Below are positions 27,716-37,267 of a DNA stretch of 46,651 nt, one piece after another. Made by a program: the position numbers and the translations under genes. The stretch covers positions 1 through 46,651 of the forward strand of contig CANQCW010000003.1 of the NCBI GenBank assembly GCA_947591055.1, given 5' to 3'. Each line of letters starts with the position of its first letter. Position 1 is the first letter of the stretch. The stretch comes from an uncultured Clostridia bacterium. Its GTDB lineage: Bacteria > Bacillota > Clostridia > TANB77 > CAG-508. Below the pieces are notes generated by a model. That model was given only the letters and a program-made list of their open reading frames with translations, did no database searches and was not told where the DNA came from.

Positions 27716-27737
27716 TATGATATAATTATGATATAAT
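27716..27737 (+). promoter_or_regulatory. Tandemly duplicated extended -10 box upstream of the amylase gene
   Basis: tatgatataat occurs twice head-to-tail (27716-27726 and 27727-37), 38 nt upstream of the ATG at 27775. Confidence 0.45.
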
Positions 27738-27774
27738 TTTTAAAATGCTAAAGAATAAATTGAAAGGAATACAC

Positions 27775-29241
27775 ATGAAAAATAATAATAAAACTATGAT
27801 GCAATACTTTGAGTGGTATTTGCCTAATAATTGTAATTTGTGGCAAAAGGTTATTAACGTTTCACCTACTTTAAAAAAATTAGGAATTACTGCTGTTTGG
27901 CTTCCTCCTGCATATAAAGGTGCTGGTGGAATTAATGATACTGGTTATGGTGTTTATGATTTATATGATTTAGGAGAATTTGATCAAAAAGGTACTATAA
28001 GAACAAAATATGGAACTAAAGATGAATATATTGCTGCAATAAGAACTCTTCAGCTTGATGGAATTCAAGTATTTGCAGATATTGTTTTAAATCATAGGAT
28101 GGGTGCTGATGAACAGCAAGATATTCTTGCTTATAAAATAAATCCTGAAAATAGAAATGAAATAATTGGAGATTTAAGAAAAATTTCAGCATGGACTAAA
28201 TATAATTTTGCTGGAAGAAATAATAAATATTCCGATTTTAAATTAGATTGGTCGCATTTTACATCTATTGATTATGATGACATAGAAAAAGAAAACGGAA
28301 TATTTAGATTTTATGGAAAACAATTTAGTAATGAAGTTGACAAGGAACTTGGAAATTATGATTATTTAATGGGATGTGATGTTGACTTTAATAATCTAGA
28401 TTCTGTTGACGATTTACTTTCATGGGGTAAATGGTATTTAGAGCAAACTAATGTTGATGGATTTAGATTAGATGCAGTAAAACATATACGTTCTTCTTTT
28501 TATAAAAGATGGCTTTCAAATTTAAAAGATACATTTAATAAAGACTTATTTGCTGTTGGCGAATATTATAGTGCTAATGTTGATAGCCTTATTAATTATC
28601 TTGATTATAATGAACAGGTTGACTCTCTTTTTGATGTTCCACTTCATATACATTTTAAAGAAGCATCTGAAAGTTTCGGACATTATGATATGCGTAATAT
28701 TTTTGAAGATACATTAGTTGATAAAAGACCTTCTAAAGCTGTTACTTTTGTTGATAATCACGATACAGAGCCCGGTCAATCATTAGAATCTTGGGTTAAA
28801 GAGTGGTTTAAGCCTCTTGCATATAGCATGATATTATTAAGAGAAAAAGGAATTCCATGTATATTTTATGGTGATTATTATGGTATACCAGAAAAAAATA
28901 TAGCGCCAATGCAAGAATTATTAGATGTATTATTACTTGTTAGAAAAAATATGGCTTATGGAAAACAAACAGATTATTTTGATAGCCCAAATATCATTGG
29001 TTGGACTAGAGAAGGTGATTATTACCATCAAGATTCTGGACTTGCGGTTATCTTAAGTGATGGCGATGGTGGAAGTAAACAAATGAACGTTGGAAAAAAC
29101 TTAGCTAATTCAGTTTTATATGATTGTACTGGAAATATTAAAGAAACTGTATATGTTGATAAAGATGGCAATGGAATTTTCTATGTTAATGGTGGTAGTG
29201 TTTCTGTATGGATTAAAAAAGATAATATGTATAACTTATAA
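27775..29241 (+). CDS. Cytoplasmic GH13 alpha-amylase
   Basis: N-terminus MMQYFEWYLP with no signal peptide. GH13 regions DIVLNH, GFRLDAVKH, GEYY and FVDNHD are present. Start chosen at the Met preceded by SD gaaagga. Confidence 0.9.
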   Translation: MKNNNKTMMQYFEWYLPNNCNLWQKVINVSPTLKKLGITAVWLPPAYKGAGGINDTGYGVYDLYDLGEFDQKGTIRTKYGTKDEYIAAIRTLQLDGIQVFADIVLNHRMGADEQQDILAYKINPENRNEIIGDLRKISAWTKYNFAGRNNKYSDFKLDWSHFTSIDYDDIEKENGIFRFYGKQFSNEVDKELGNYDYLMGCDVDFNNLDSVDDLLSWGKWYLEQTNVDGFRLDAVKHIRSSFYKRWLSNLKDTFNKDLFAVGEYYSANVDSLINYLDYNEQVDSLFDVPLHIHFKEASESFGHYDMRNIFEDTLVDKRPSKAVTFVDNHDTEPGQSLESWVKEWFKPLAYSMILLREKGIPCIFYGDYYGIPEKNIAPMQELLDVLLLVRKNMAYGKQTDYFDSPNIIGWTREGDYYHQDSGLAVILSDGDGGSKQMNVGKNLANSVLYDCTGNIKETVYVDKDGNGIFYVNGGSVSVWIKKDNMYNL

Positions 29242-29350
29242 TTAAATATTTACTTTTACTATTGTAAAAAACGACACAATATGATATTATTTTTTTATTC
29301 TTTTGAACTATTAAAATTAACTTCTATTAATAATTTAAGGAGGGAAAAAA

Positions 29351-30004
29351 ATGAATATTACTTTAGATTTTACAAAGTTGCAGAAAATTTTACTTCGGGA
29401 ACAACTTCATAAATTGATTGCAGAATTAATTACCGATGGAGACATATTATCACAGCTTGCTGAAAGTGATGACTGGATTGTTAGAAAATCAATAGTAGAT
29501 AATATTAATACTCCTAAAGAAGTTCTTTCAAAACTTGCTGATGACAACAATTTTTATGTCAAAGAAGCAGTTGCACTTAATGTAAACACACCTAATGAAG
29601 CACTTACAAAGCTTGCTAATAATAATCAACAACGTCTTATCATATTAGCTGTAGCATCTAATACTGGCTCTTCTCCAACATTGCTTACAACTCTTTCTAA
29701 AAAATGTGATATGGATATCAGATCAAAAGTTGCTCGAAATACAAGTACACCTAAAGAAGTTTTGGAAAAGCTTGCTGATGATAGATCATGGTATGTTAGA
29801 GAATCTGTTGCTCATAATAAAGCTACTCCTAAAGAAGTTTTGGAAAAGCTTGCTGATGATAGATCATGGTATGTTAGAGAATCTGTTGCCTCTAATACTA
29901 GTACTCCAGAAAAGACTCTAAAAAAGCTTTTAAATGATGACAATGATTCTGTCTCAAGTGCAGTAATTTGGAATCCAAGTGCAGAAAAATTATTTAGCAA
30001 ATAA
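29351..30004 (+). CDS. Leucine-rich-repeat-variant (LRV/HEAT-like) repeat protein
   Basis: 217 aa with about 7 repeats of the TPKEVLxKLADDxxWYVRExVAxN type and a strong SD aaggaggg. Confidence 0.6.
   Translation: MNITLDFTKLQKILLREQLHKLIAELITDGDILSQLAESDDWIVRKSIVDNINTPKEVLSKLADDNNFYVKEAVALNVNTPNEALTKLANNNQQRLIILAVASNTGSSPTLLTTLSKKCDMDIRSKVARNTSTPKEVLEKLADDRSWYVRESVAHNKATPKEVLEKLADDRSWYVRESVASNTSTPEKTLKKLLNDDNDSVSSAVIWNPSAEKLFSK
29746..29889 (+). repeat. Near-perfect 78-nt-period tandem duplication inside LRV gene 2
   Basis: 29750-29811 and 29828-29889 are identical over 62 nt, or 66 nt with one mismatch if extended to 29746/29824. They encode TPKEVLEKLADDRSWYVRESVA twice. Confidence 0.9.
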
Positions 30005-30034
30005 TAATTCAAAGTAATAAAATCAATAGAAAAT

Positions 30035-30080
30035 ACATAGAAGTAAATTGCATTATTTGCTTTACTTCTATGTATTTTTT
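30035..30080. terminator. Bidirectional terminator between convergent LRV gene 2 and trmB
   Basis: 13-bp stem acatagaagtaaa / tttacttctatgt with A- and T-runs on either side. Confidence 0.7.
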
Positions 30081-30784
30081 CATGCTTTCTTAGCTATTAA
30101 AGCTTTTATTTTTATTCCTTCATTTTTAAACATTTTTTCATGTTCAGTTTCTATATTTTCTTCCCCATCCCAAAAGTTATTTTCATTACTTAGGTCATAG
30201 GTTATTTTTTGAATAACAAATCCTGATTCTTTAAAATAATTTATTGAATCTTCAAATAAATTGTCATCATCTGTTTTAAAAAATATCTCTCCTGTTAAAA
30301 ATTCTTTATATTGTTCTAATTGTCTTTTATGTGTTAATCTTTTTTTATGATGTTTTCCTCGTGGCCATGGATTACAAAAATTAATATAAATTCTTTTTAT
30401 ATCATCTTCTTTTCCAAACACATCAGATATTCTTGATATATCATATCTTGTTAATTTTAAATTTTTTACTACTTGTTGCTTTTCAATTTCATTTTCCACT
30501 TCTTCTGCATCTGTTGATTTTCTGATTCCATATTCTGCTTCTACATTTCTTTTTGCCATCCCTAGCATTGCATCTACCAAATCTATTGCTATATAGTTTA
30601 TTTCTTGATGTTGCTTTGATAACTTTGCAATGAAATTTCCTTTTCCGCAACCCAATTCTAAATGCAATATTTGTTCTTTTTCAAAGACTTTTTTCCACTT
30701 ATTTTTATATTCTTGTGGATTATCTATATAAAATGGACTTGTTTCTAATTCTTCTCTAGCCCATGGCTTAAATTTCATCCTCAT
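30080..30784 (-). CDS. trmB: tRNA (guanine46-N7)-methyltransferase
   Basis: 234 aa with SAM motif LELGCGKGNF and a TrmB C-terminal pattern (INFCNPWPRGKHHKKR). Confidence 0.85.
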   Translation of the reverse strand: MRMKFKPWAREELETSPFYIDNPQEYKNKWKKVFEKEQILHLELGCGKGNFIAKLSKQHQEINYIAIDLVDAMLGMAKRNVEAEYGIRKSTDAEEVENEIEKQQVVKNLKLTRYDISRISDVFGKEDDIKRIYINFCNPWPRGKHHKKRLTHKRQLEQYKEFLTGEIFFKTDDDNLFEDSINYFKESGFVIQKITYDLSNENNFWDGEENIETEHEKMFKNEGIKIKALIAKKA

Positions 30785-30820
30785 TTTTAATGTTCCCTAT
30801 TATTTTATATTTCTTATTAA

Positions 30821-32320
30821 TTATTCACATGCTAAAACTACTCTAAATCCTACTCCTGCATCTGCTTGTCCATTTGATCCATTAAAGCTAAATATTCCAG
30901 CTCCTGTTCCACTAGAAAAGTCTCCTCCTCTTGAGAAAAATGGTGTATCTTTTTGAGGATAAAAACTTGATGATGTATTCCAACTATCTGTTCCATATCC
31001 AGATGTTGAAGTTTCATATATAGCTTCTCCTCTCCTGTTTCTAGTAAGTAGATAGTTTTCATTTGCAATAGCACTATTATATATATGTCCTTCTTTTTCT
31101 AAAGTTCCTATAGAATATACTGTTTTATATTTTGTATTTCTTGTATTTTCATATAAATTTCCTGCACTATTTCCTCCATAAGTACTTAGTCCTTCATATG
31201 TATTGTTAATAAATGCTGATGTAAATTCCCAAGCTCCTCCTGACATATCATATACTCCAGTATAATTTCCAGTTGTGCTTTGTTTTCCATTATATATGTA
31301 TATTTCACTTTTTAGATTATTTCCTCCAGTTAAGTACTTAGAGTTTGAATTAATAGAAACTCCTACTCCTTTTCTTCCATAATTACTATATGCTAAATAT
31401 GAAATTGCAGCCCACTCACTATTTTTAATTAAATGGCTTTCTAAGCTTCTATTATAATTATATGCATTTAGGTAACTTGTTCCTATTGCTATATTTCTCC
31501 ATGATGAAACTCCTGGTTTACTTACTGCTTTAATACTATCATTTGTTAGAACATCACCAATTTGTTTATTTGTTGTCTCTACTTGGTTTCCATCTTTTTC
31601 CATGCTCATTTCATATTTTGAAACCCATATTCCGCTCAAATTTCCGTCCCAACCACCATTTTTATATCCGCTTGCTGTATCTCTGCTAAACGCTGGAGCT
31701 AAAATGTAATGATTTCCTACTTCAGTAAGTCCCGGTCCTACACTGTCTATTCTTATTAAAGTATCATCTTCACCTATTTTTAATATTCCTCTATAATCAC
31801 TATAGCCTATTTCCTTTAAATATGTACTATCTGCATAATATGTTATTTTATATGCATATCTAGGTATCCATACAAAGTAACTTTCATCATTTATCGCATT
31901 TGCCCATCTTTGATTTTCATAATTATACCAAGATGAATCATTTTGTGTTGTTTCAACAAAATCTTTTTGATTATCTGAGTACTTAACTGGTGTCATGCCA
32001 TTTAATATTGGTTCTAATGGTTTAGCTATTATATTATTGTTCTTATCTACCCATACTATATCTACTCTAGCATACTTTTTATTTAATGAATCTGTCTCAT
32101 CTTCTATTATTGTGTTATCTATAACTTTTCTAGCTTCTTCTAGCTGTTCTATTTCATTTGTAGATACTTCGTTTATTGAGGTAACTTCATTTTTCACAAC
32201 TGGCTTTTTTAATGAATTAATTGTATAAAATATTCCAAAACCTACTGCAAATAACAAAATAATAATTACCAAAGTAGTAATTATTATTCTTAAAATTTTA
32301 TTTTCTTTATTTTCTTCCAT
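30821..32320 (-). CDS. Membrane-anchored extracytoplasmic protein with an FGE/SUMF1-like (C-type-lectin fold) domain
   Basis: N-terminal TM anchor. Motifs YFVWIPRYAY, GIWVSKYEMS, SGGAWEFTS, SRGGDFSS and a terminal GVGFRVVLA parallel the GNxWEW...RGGS...GFR signature of the FGE-sulfatase family. Confidence 0.55.
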   Translation of the reverse strand: MEENKENKILRIIITTLVIIILLFAVGFGIFYTINSLKKPVVKNEVTSINEVSTNEIEQLEEARKVIDNTIIEDETDSLNKKYARVDIVWVDKNNNIIAKPLEPILNGMTPVKYSDNQKDFVETTQNDSSWYNYENQRWANAINDESYFVWIPRYAYKITYYADSTYLKEIGYSDYRGILKIGEDDTLIRIDSVGPGLTEVGNHYILAPAFSRDTASGYKNGGWDGNLSGIWVSKYEMSMEKDGNQVETTNKQIGDVLTNDSIKAVSKPGVSSWRNIAIGTSYLNAYNYNRSLESHLIKNSEWAAISYLAYSNYGRKGVGVSINSNSKYLTGGNNLKSEIYIYNGKQSTTGNYTGVYDMSGGAWEFTSAFINNTYEGLSTYGGNSAGNLYENTRNTKYKTVYSIGTLEKEGHIYNSAIANENYLLTRNRRGEAIYETSTSGYGTDSWNTSSSFYPQKDTPFFSRGGDFSSGTGAGIFSFNGSNGQADAGVGFRVVLACE

Positions 32321-32341
32321 TAAAGTATAACTCCTTTTATA

Positions 32342-32779
32342 CTATTTAAGTTCTTTTCTATTTTGCTCTATTTCTTTTAAAACTGATTCTAATGATTTAG
32401 AAAGTGATTGTAATATACCATCTGCATATTCTCTTGCACCGCTAGTAATTTGTCTTGCATTTTCATTAGCAGCAGACATAATTTGATTTTTTTGATCATA
32501 TGCTTTTTTTGTAATTTCATGTTCATCAATCATTGATATTATTCTATTTTCTGCTTCTTTAACAACGTCATCAGCTTCTTTTTTTGCTTCAGCTAATATT
32601 CTTTCTCTTTCTTCCCTCACCCATTTAGCTTGTTTTAAATCATCAGGAAGTTTTAATCTCATTTCTTTAATCAAATCTAAAACGCTTTCTTGATCTACTA
32701 TACATTTATTTGATAAAGGCATTTTTTTACTTTGCTCTATTAATTCTTCTAATGATTCTAACAATGTAAAGATTTCCAT
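32342..32779 (-). CDS. Coiled-coil protein (ATP-synthase b/E-subunit-like heptads), function unknown
   Basis: 145-aa highly charged helical ORF, coupled 1 nt downstream of rsmD. Confidence 0.45.
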   Translation of the reverse strand: MEIFTLLESLEELIEQSKKMPLSNKCIVDQESVLDLIKEMRLKLPDDLKQAKWVREERERILAEAKKEADDVVKEAENRIISMIDEHEITKKAYDQKNQIMSAANENARQITSGAREYADGILQSLSKSLESVLKEIEQNRKELK

Positions 32780-32780
32780 A

Positions 32781-33335
32781 TTAGTTCTCCTCTTTTATAA
32801 ATAATAAATTTGCTCTACCATATTTTCTTTCGTCTACAATCTTTATATTTTTTAATTCTTCTAAATTTCTTTTGTCTCTAGATATTTCATCTGTTTCAAT
32901 AATCATTAGAGCGTCGCTATTTAAAATGTCTTGTTCTATCAAAATTTTTATACTATCTACTGACAAATTATCTTTGTATGGTGGGTCAATAAAAACAATA
33001 TCAATTTTTTCATTTATGCTCTTTAAGCAGTTTTTATAATCGCAATTCATTATAATTGATTTATCTAAAAATTTAGTTTTTTCTAAATTTTTCTTTATCA
33101 TTTTTATTGCTTCATAATTATTATCGCAGAAATATGCTTTTTTTGCTCCTCTAGAAATACTTTCTATTCCTAAAGCTCCACTACCTGCAAATAAGTCTAA
33201 AACAACAGAGTCATTAATTTTATCATGTATTATATTAAATAATGATTCTTTTACTCTATCTAATGTTGGTCTTGTTGATAAGCTTTCTATAGAGCTTAAT
33301 TTTGAACCCTTTGCTTTTCCGCTTATTACTCTCAT
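32781..33335 (-). CDS. rsmD: 16S rRNA (guanine966-N2)-methyltransferase
   Basis: SAM motif LDLFAGSGALGIES and catalytic DPPY. Confidence 0.9.
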   Translation of the reverse strand: MRVISGKAKGSKLSSIESLSTRPTLDRVKESLFNIIHDKINDSVVLDLFAGSGALGIESISRGAKKAYFCDNNYEAIKMIKKNLEKTKFLDKSIIMNCDYKNCLKSINEKIDIVFIDPPYKDNLSVDSIKILIEQDILNSDALMIIETDEISRDKRNLEELKNIKIVDERKYGRANLLFIKEEN

Positions 33336-33435
33336 ACCCTTATTTTATCCTTATTTTGCTAATTGTCAATAGCCTAAATTAAATTGTAATATATCTTTAA
33401 TGTATATGTAATACATACATTTTAACATATTTTAA

Positions 33436-33478
33436 AAATAAAATAAAGAGATAAATGAAAAAAATAACATTTATCTCT
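33436..33478 (-). terminator. Intrinsic terminator after divIVA
   Basis: 11-bp stem agagataaatg / catttatctct (33447-33457 / 33468-33478), with a T-rich tract on the minus strand. Confidence 0.65.
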
Positions 33479-33505
33479 ATAATTTTATTACAAAAATGTA
33501 ATTCA

Positions 33506-33958
33506 TTAATCTTCACTCTTAATTTCTTTTAAAAGTTCTAATTGTGATATTAATAAAGACTCCATTTTAGCTTTATAAACATCAAATTGTTTATTTATAT
33601 TTTCTAATTCTTTTTTCTTTTCTGTAATCTCTTGTTCTATTCCTTCAGTTGCTTCTTTTGCCTTTAATTCTGATTCTTTAATTATTTGGTCAGCTTGTTT
33701 TTGAGCTGCGCTTTTAACTTCTTCTGATGCAGATTGCGCTAAAAGTAAAGTACTTTGTAAAGTTGATTCAATTTGTGTGTAATGCTCTAACTTACTTTTT
33801 AAATCTTCAACTTCATGTTTACTTTCAGCAACTTGTTTATATAAAATTTCATAATCTTTTGTTAAATCATCTAAAAATTCATCAACTTCTTCTGGATCAT
33901 ATCCATTTAAAGTCTTTTTTGAGAATTTTTTGTTTTCGATATCTAATGGTGTAATCAT
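33506..33958 (-). CDS. divIVA: Cell-division/septum-site protein DivIVA
   Basis: N-terminus MITPLDIENKKFSKKTLNGYDPEEVDEFLD followed by a coiled coil. Confidence 0.85.
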   Translation of the reverse strand: MITPLDIENKKFSKKTLNGYDPEEVDEFLDDLTKDYEILYKQVAESKHEVEDLKSKLEHYTQIESTLQSTLLLAQSASEEVKSAAQKQADQIIKESELKAKEATEGIEQEITEKKKELENINKQFDVYKAKMESLLISQLELLKEIKSED

Positions 33959-34003
33959 TGCATCCTCCCTTAAACAAGTCTTAATTCTAATTAAATCTTA
34001 AAA

Positions 34004-34462
34004 TTAATTATTTAAATTTCCTTTTAACCAAGAAACAGGTCCTTTTACATCTTCTTTATTATCTGATGTAATATCATAGTTATATGGAGCTACAACAAAT
34101 ATTGAATTAGATATTTTTTGCATATGTCCTTCTAAAGCATGAACTGCTCCACTAATAACATCAATTATTCTTCTAGCAACGTCTTTGTTTACATATTCTA
34201 AATTTATAATAATTGATCTTCTTTCTTTTAATAAATCACAGATTTCTTCTGCTTGTTCAAATTCTGTTGGTTGCATTATAACCATTTTTACTTGTGGTTG
34301 CATATTAACAACTTTTCCTGCTTTTCTTCCAAACAAGCCTTTTGGTTCTTCTATTTCTTCTTCATTATCATATTCTTCATTTTCATCATAATCTTCATCA
34401 TAATCTTCTTCTACCGCGTTCATGTTAAACATGTTCATCAACTTATTTACTACGTTTGCCAT
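34004..34462 (-). CDS. sepF: Cell division protein SepF
   Basis: 152 aa with an acidic linker and a SepF core (VIMQPTEFEQAEEICDLLKERRSIIINLEY...FVVAP). Confidence 0.85.
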   Translation of the reverse strand: MANVVNKLMNMFNMNAVEEDYDEDYDENEEYDNEEEIEEPKGLFGRKAGKVVNMQPQVKMVIMQPTEFEQAEEICDLLKERRSIIINLEYVNKDVARRIIDVISGAVHALEGHMQKISNSIFVVAPYNYDITSDNKEDVKGPVSWLKGNLNN

Positions 34463-34592
34463 TAAAAATAACCTCCTATTATTTTTTCATTCGTTATACG
34501 ACTAATTCTAGTATCTTACTTTTTTAATTTATTGTCAATATAAATTTCCAAATGTAATTGTTATTTAATTGTTTTGTAATTTTATTGTAATA

Positions 34593-35870
34593 TTAACTTG
34601 TTTCCGCTATCTGCTCTTGACTAGGCTCTATAATAAGCTCATCATAAAGCATTATTGATGTTTTTGCTTTATTGCTTACTTCTAAATCTTTTATCTCTGA
34701 AGTACTATAATTTGTAACTATTGAATAATCTTCACCTTTTTTAGTTACTTTAACTAATACTTTTTCTAAGTATCCTGCTTTTGTCCTAATTACATAATTT
34801 AGGTTATTTTCTGTTATTATGGCTGAATTTGCGATTTTATATCCTGTACTATCCCACCATATTATGTCAAAATTAATTTTTCTATATAATAATAATTCGT
34901 TTATTCCTTCTGTAAAGCTCAAAATAATGGTAACTTCCGCATCATTTTCTCTTGTTATATATTCTATAGTTGCATCTACAGTTTTAGAGCTTGGAAGTGT
35001 TATTTTAACTTTGTCACCTACCTCTGCTGAATTAGCTTCTTCAGTTCTAGATGTACATGCGATATAACATATAAAATTATTTATTATTTTTCCTGTTTCA
35101 TTGCTAGTTGATATGATTTGTCCAGTCTTTAAATTTAAATCTGTAAAAAATTTTTTATTATATTTAGAAAAATCTGTAGTTGTAAGTATATTTTCTAGTC
35201 CATCTACTCTATATGATACAATTCCGCTAACAGGTGATGTTATATATTCTGAGCCAGAATTTAATTCATTTTCATAAGAGCTTCTTTCGTCAATTAATTT
35301 TTTTAAGTATGAACCACTTGGACTAAGTTCTCCAGCTATTTTTGCTTTTTTCTTTACATAATCGTTAATTTCTTTTTTAGTTTCTTGAATTGTCTGTATA
35401 TTATTTAGTTGATTTATATTGCTAAGTTTTTCACTAATTTGCTTGTCTAATAATTTAGTATCTGCTAAAGTTAGTTCATCATTGTTATTTTCAATTGCTT
35501 CTTGTATTTTTAAATCTAATGACTTAATTTTGTCTTTTAGATTATTTTCTCCACTAGTATAATATCTAAATATTGATTCTCCTTTTGCTACTCTGCTTCC
35601 TTCATAAGAAATTTGTTCCATACCATTTTTATAATTTTGTCCTTGGAGTACAGTTTCTTCTCTAATAATATAACCAGTGTCTGTTTCTTCTTTTGAAATT
35701 TTTCCGTTCTTTACTATAAATGTGCTACTTGGATTTTTTACTAAATTAATTATTGAAATTATAATGTAAATAGACATTATAACTAATAAAAACGTAGTTA
35801 ATAAAAGCTTTAATTTATTCAGCTTTTGTTTTCGTTTTATTTTAATTTGGTTTGTTTTTTTACTTTCCAC
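34593..35870 (-). CDS. HlyD-like membrane-fusion-type protein (N-terminal TM, coiled coil, beta-barrel)
   Basis: 425 aa with one N-terminal TM segment, a long coiled-coil insert and lipoyl/beta-barrel-like flanks. Assigned by architecture only. Confidence 0.5.
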   Translation of the reverse strand: MESKKTNQIKIKRKQKLNKLKLLLTTFLLVIMSIYIIISIINLVKNPSSTFIVKNGKISKEETDTGYIIREETVLQGQNYKNGMEQISYEGSRVAKGESIFRYYTSGENNLKDKIKSLDLKIQEAIENNNDELTLADTKLLDKQISEKLSNINQLNNIQTIQETKKEINDYVKKKAKIAGELSPSGSYLKKLIDERSSYENELNSGSEYITSPVSGIVSYRVDGLENILTTTDFSKYNKKFFTDLNLKTGQIISTSNETGKIINNFICYIACTSRTEEANSAEVGDKVKITLPSSKTVDATIEYITRENDAEVTIILSFTEGINELLLYRKINFDIIWWDSTGYKIANSAIITENNLNYVIRTKAGYLEKVLVKVTKKGEDYSIVTNYSTSEIKDLEVSNKAKTSIMLYDELIIEPSQEQIAETS

Positions 35871-35909
35871 TAATTTTCTCCAATTTTACTATAAACTATT
35901 CAAATTTTA

Positions 35910-36815
35910 TTATAAATTATTCAGAATAATATTTGTGTTTTCTTCTTTTGTTTGATTTATTCCATCTAACCAAATTGCATCTTTGTATGCTCTAAACCAT
36001 GTTAATTGTCTTTTTGCATACCTTCTAGTTTCTTGTTTTATCTTATCTATCATATCTTCTTTAGAAATAGCTCCCTCAAGATATTGGACAACTTCTTTAT
36101 AACCTAGGCCTTGCATTGCTGTTGGAAATCTTTCATATTTTTCTTTTATAGCTTTTACTTCTTCAATTAATCCTTGTTCTATCATCAAGTCAACTCTTTT
36201 ATTAATTCTTTCATATAAAATTTCTCTATCCATACTAAGAACAAAAACTTTATAATCATATTCAAGTTCTTTTCTTGACTCTTTTTCTAATTCAGTTTTA
36301 GTTTTACCAGTTGAATTATATATTTCTAAAATTCTTGTTATTCTTTTTCTGTCATTAGAACTAATTTTTTCCATTGCTTGAGGATCAATTTCAAGTGCTC
36401 TTTTATATAATTCTGAAATATCAATTTCTTCTAATTGTTTTCTATATTCTAAATCAATGTTTTCTTCTTTAAAATTTATATTATAAATTAATGAATTGAT
36501 ATAAAGGCCTGTGCCACCAACTAAAATTGGTGTTTTTCCTTTTGCTAAAATTTCTTTAATTGTATTTTCAGCATCTTTTTTAAAATCAGCTACACTATAT
36601 CTCTCATTTGGATTTATAAAATCTACTAAGTGATGTGTTGCCATTTTTCTTTCTTCTTCAGTTGGCTTTGCAGTCCCAATATCCATTTCTTTATATATTT
36701 GCATAGAATCGCAAGATATTATTTCTCCATTAATTTGGTTTGCAAGTTCTATTCCAAGAGCTGTTTTTCCAGATGCAGTCGGACCACATATTACTATAAT
36801 TTGTGGTTTTTTCAT
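35910..36815 (-). CDS. miaA: tRNA dimethylallyltransferase
   Basis: P-loop GPTASGKT, plus MDIGTAKPT and RQLTWFR motifs. Conserved mutL-miaA synteny. Confidence 0.95.
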   Translation of the reverse strand: MKKPQIIVICGPTASGKTALGIELANQINGEIISCDSMQIYKEMDIGTAKPTEEERKMATHHLVDFINPNERYSVADFKKDAENTIKEILAKGKTPILVGGTGLYINSLIYNINFKEENIDLEYRKQLEEIDISELYKRALEIDPQAMEKISSNDRKRITRILEIYNSTGKTKTELEKESRKELEYDYKVFVLSMDREILYERINKRVDLMIEQGLIEEVKAIKEKYERFPTAMQGLGYKEVVQYLEGAISKEDMIDKIKQETRRYAKRQLTWFRAYKDAIWLDGINQTKEENTNIILNNL

Positions 36816-36838
36816 GTTATATTTGCCTTTCTTTTTTA

Positions 36839-37258
36839 TTATTTTGAATTTTGTAAATTAACAATTCCTGCTATTATACTTTTAACATAATTACACTCTA
36901 TAATAATTAAAATTACATCTATTATTAAACATATAATTATATTTCTCATAAATTTTTCTTTTTCTATATCTAATGACTTGATTTTATTAATTTGAATTGC
37001 AAGTGGTGATGCCATTAATATTAGATTTATCGGAACTATGCTAAATACTAGTAGATTTTTGACAGGTCCTGAAAATTCTCCTGACATACCTGCTTGTCCT
37101 ATACCAAAAATTATATTTGCTAAAATAAAATTAAAAAGTATTAACATAATTGTAACAATAATTCTAAATTTTATTTCTGTTCCTTTAAGCATATTAAATA
37201 ATATGAAAAATGAAAATAAATTTATAATTATAATTGAAATCACTATTATACTTGTCAT
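36839..37258 (-). CDS. Small four-TM membrane protein, unknown function
   Basis: 139-aa hydrophobic ORF between mutL and miaA, with SD gaaggtag. Confidence 0.45.
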   Translation of the reverse strand: MTSIIVISIIIINLFSFFILFNMLKGTEIKFRIIVTIMLILFNFILANIIFGIGQAGMSGEFSGPVKNLLVFSIVPINLILMASPLAIQINKIKSLDIEKEKFMRNIIICLIIDVILIIIECNYVKSIIAGIVNLQNSK

Positions 37259-37267
37259 ATTTAAATA

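Noticed and set aside
29706-30012. Alternative-frame ORFs (29706..29921 plus strand, 29812..30012 minus strand) within the LRV repeat region
   Set aside because: The duplicated repeat keeps other frames open by chance. The annotated frame alone yields the conserved LRV repeat consensus and has the SD.
30850-31074. 74-aa minus-strand ORF nested in another frame of the FGE-like gene
   Set aside because: It lies fully inside a longer ORF that carries recognisable domain motifs. It has no RBS, and its composition is that of an off-frame reading.
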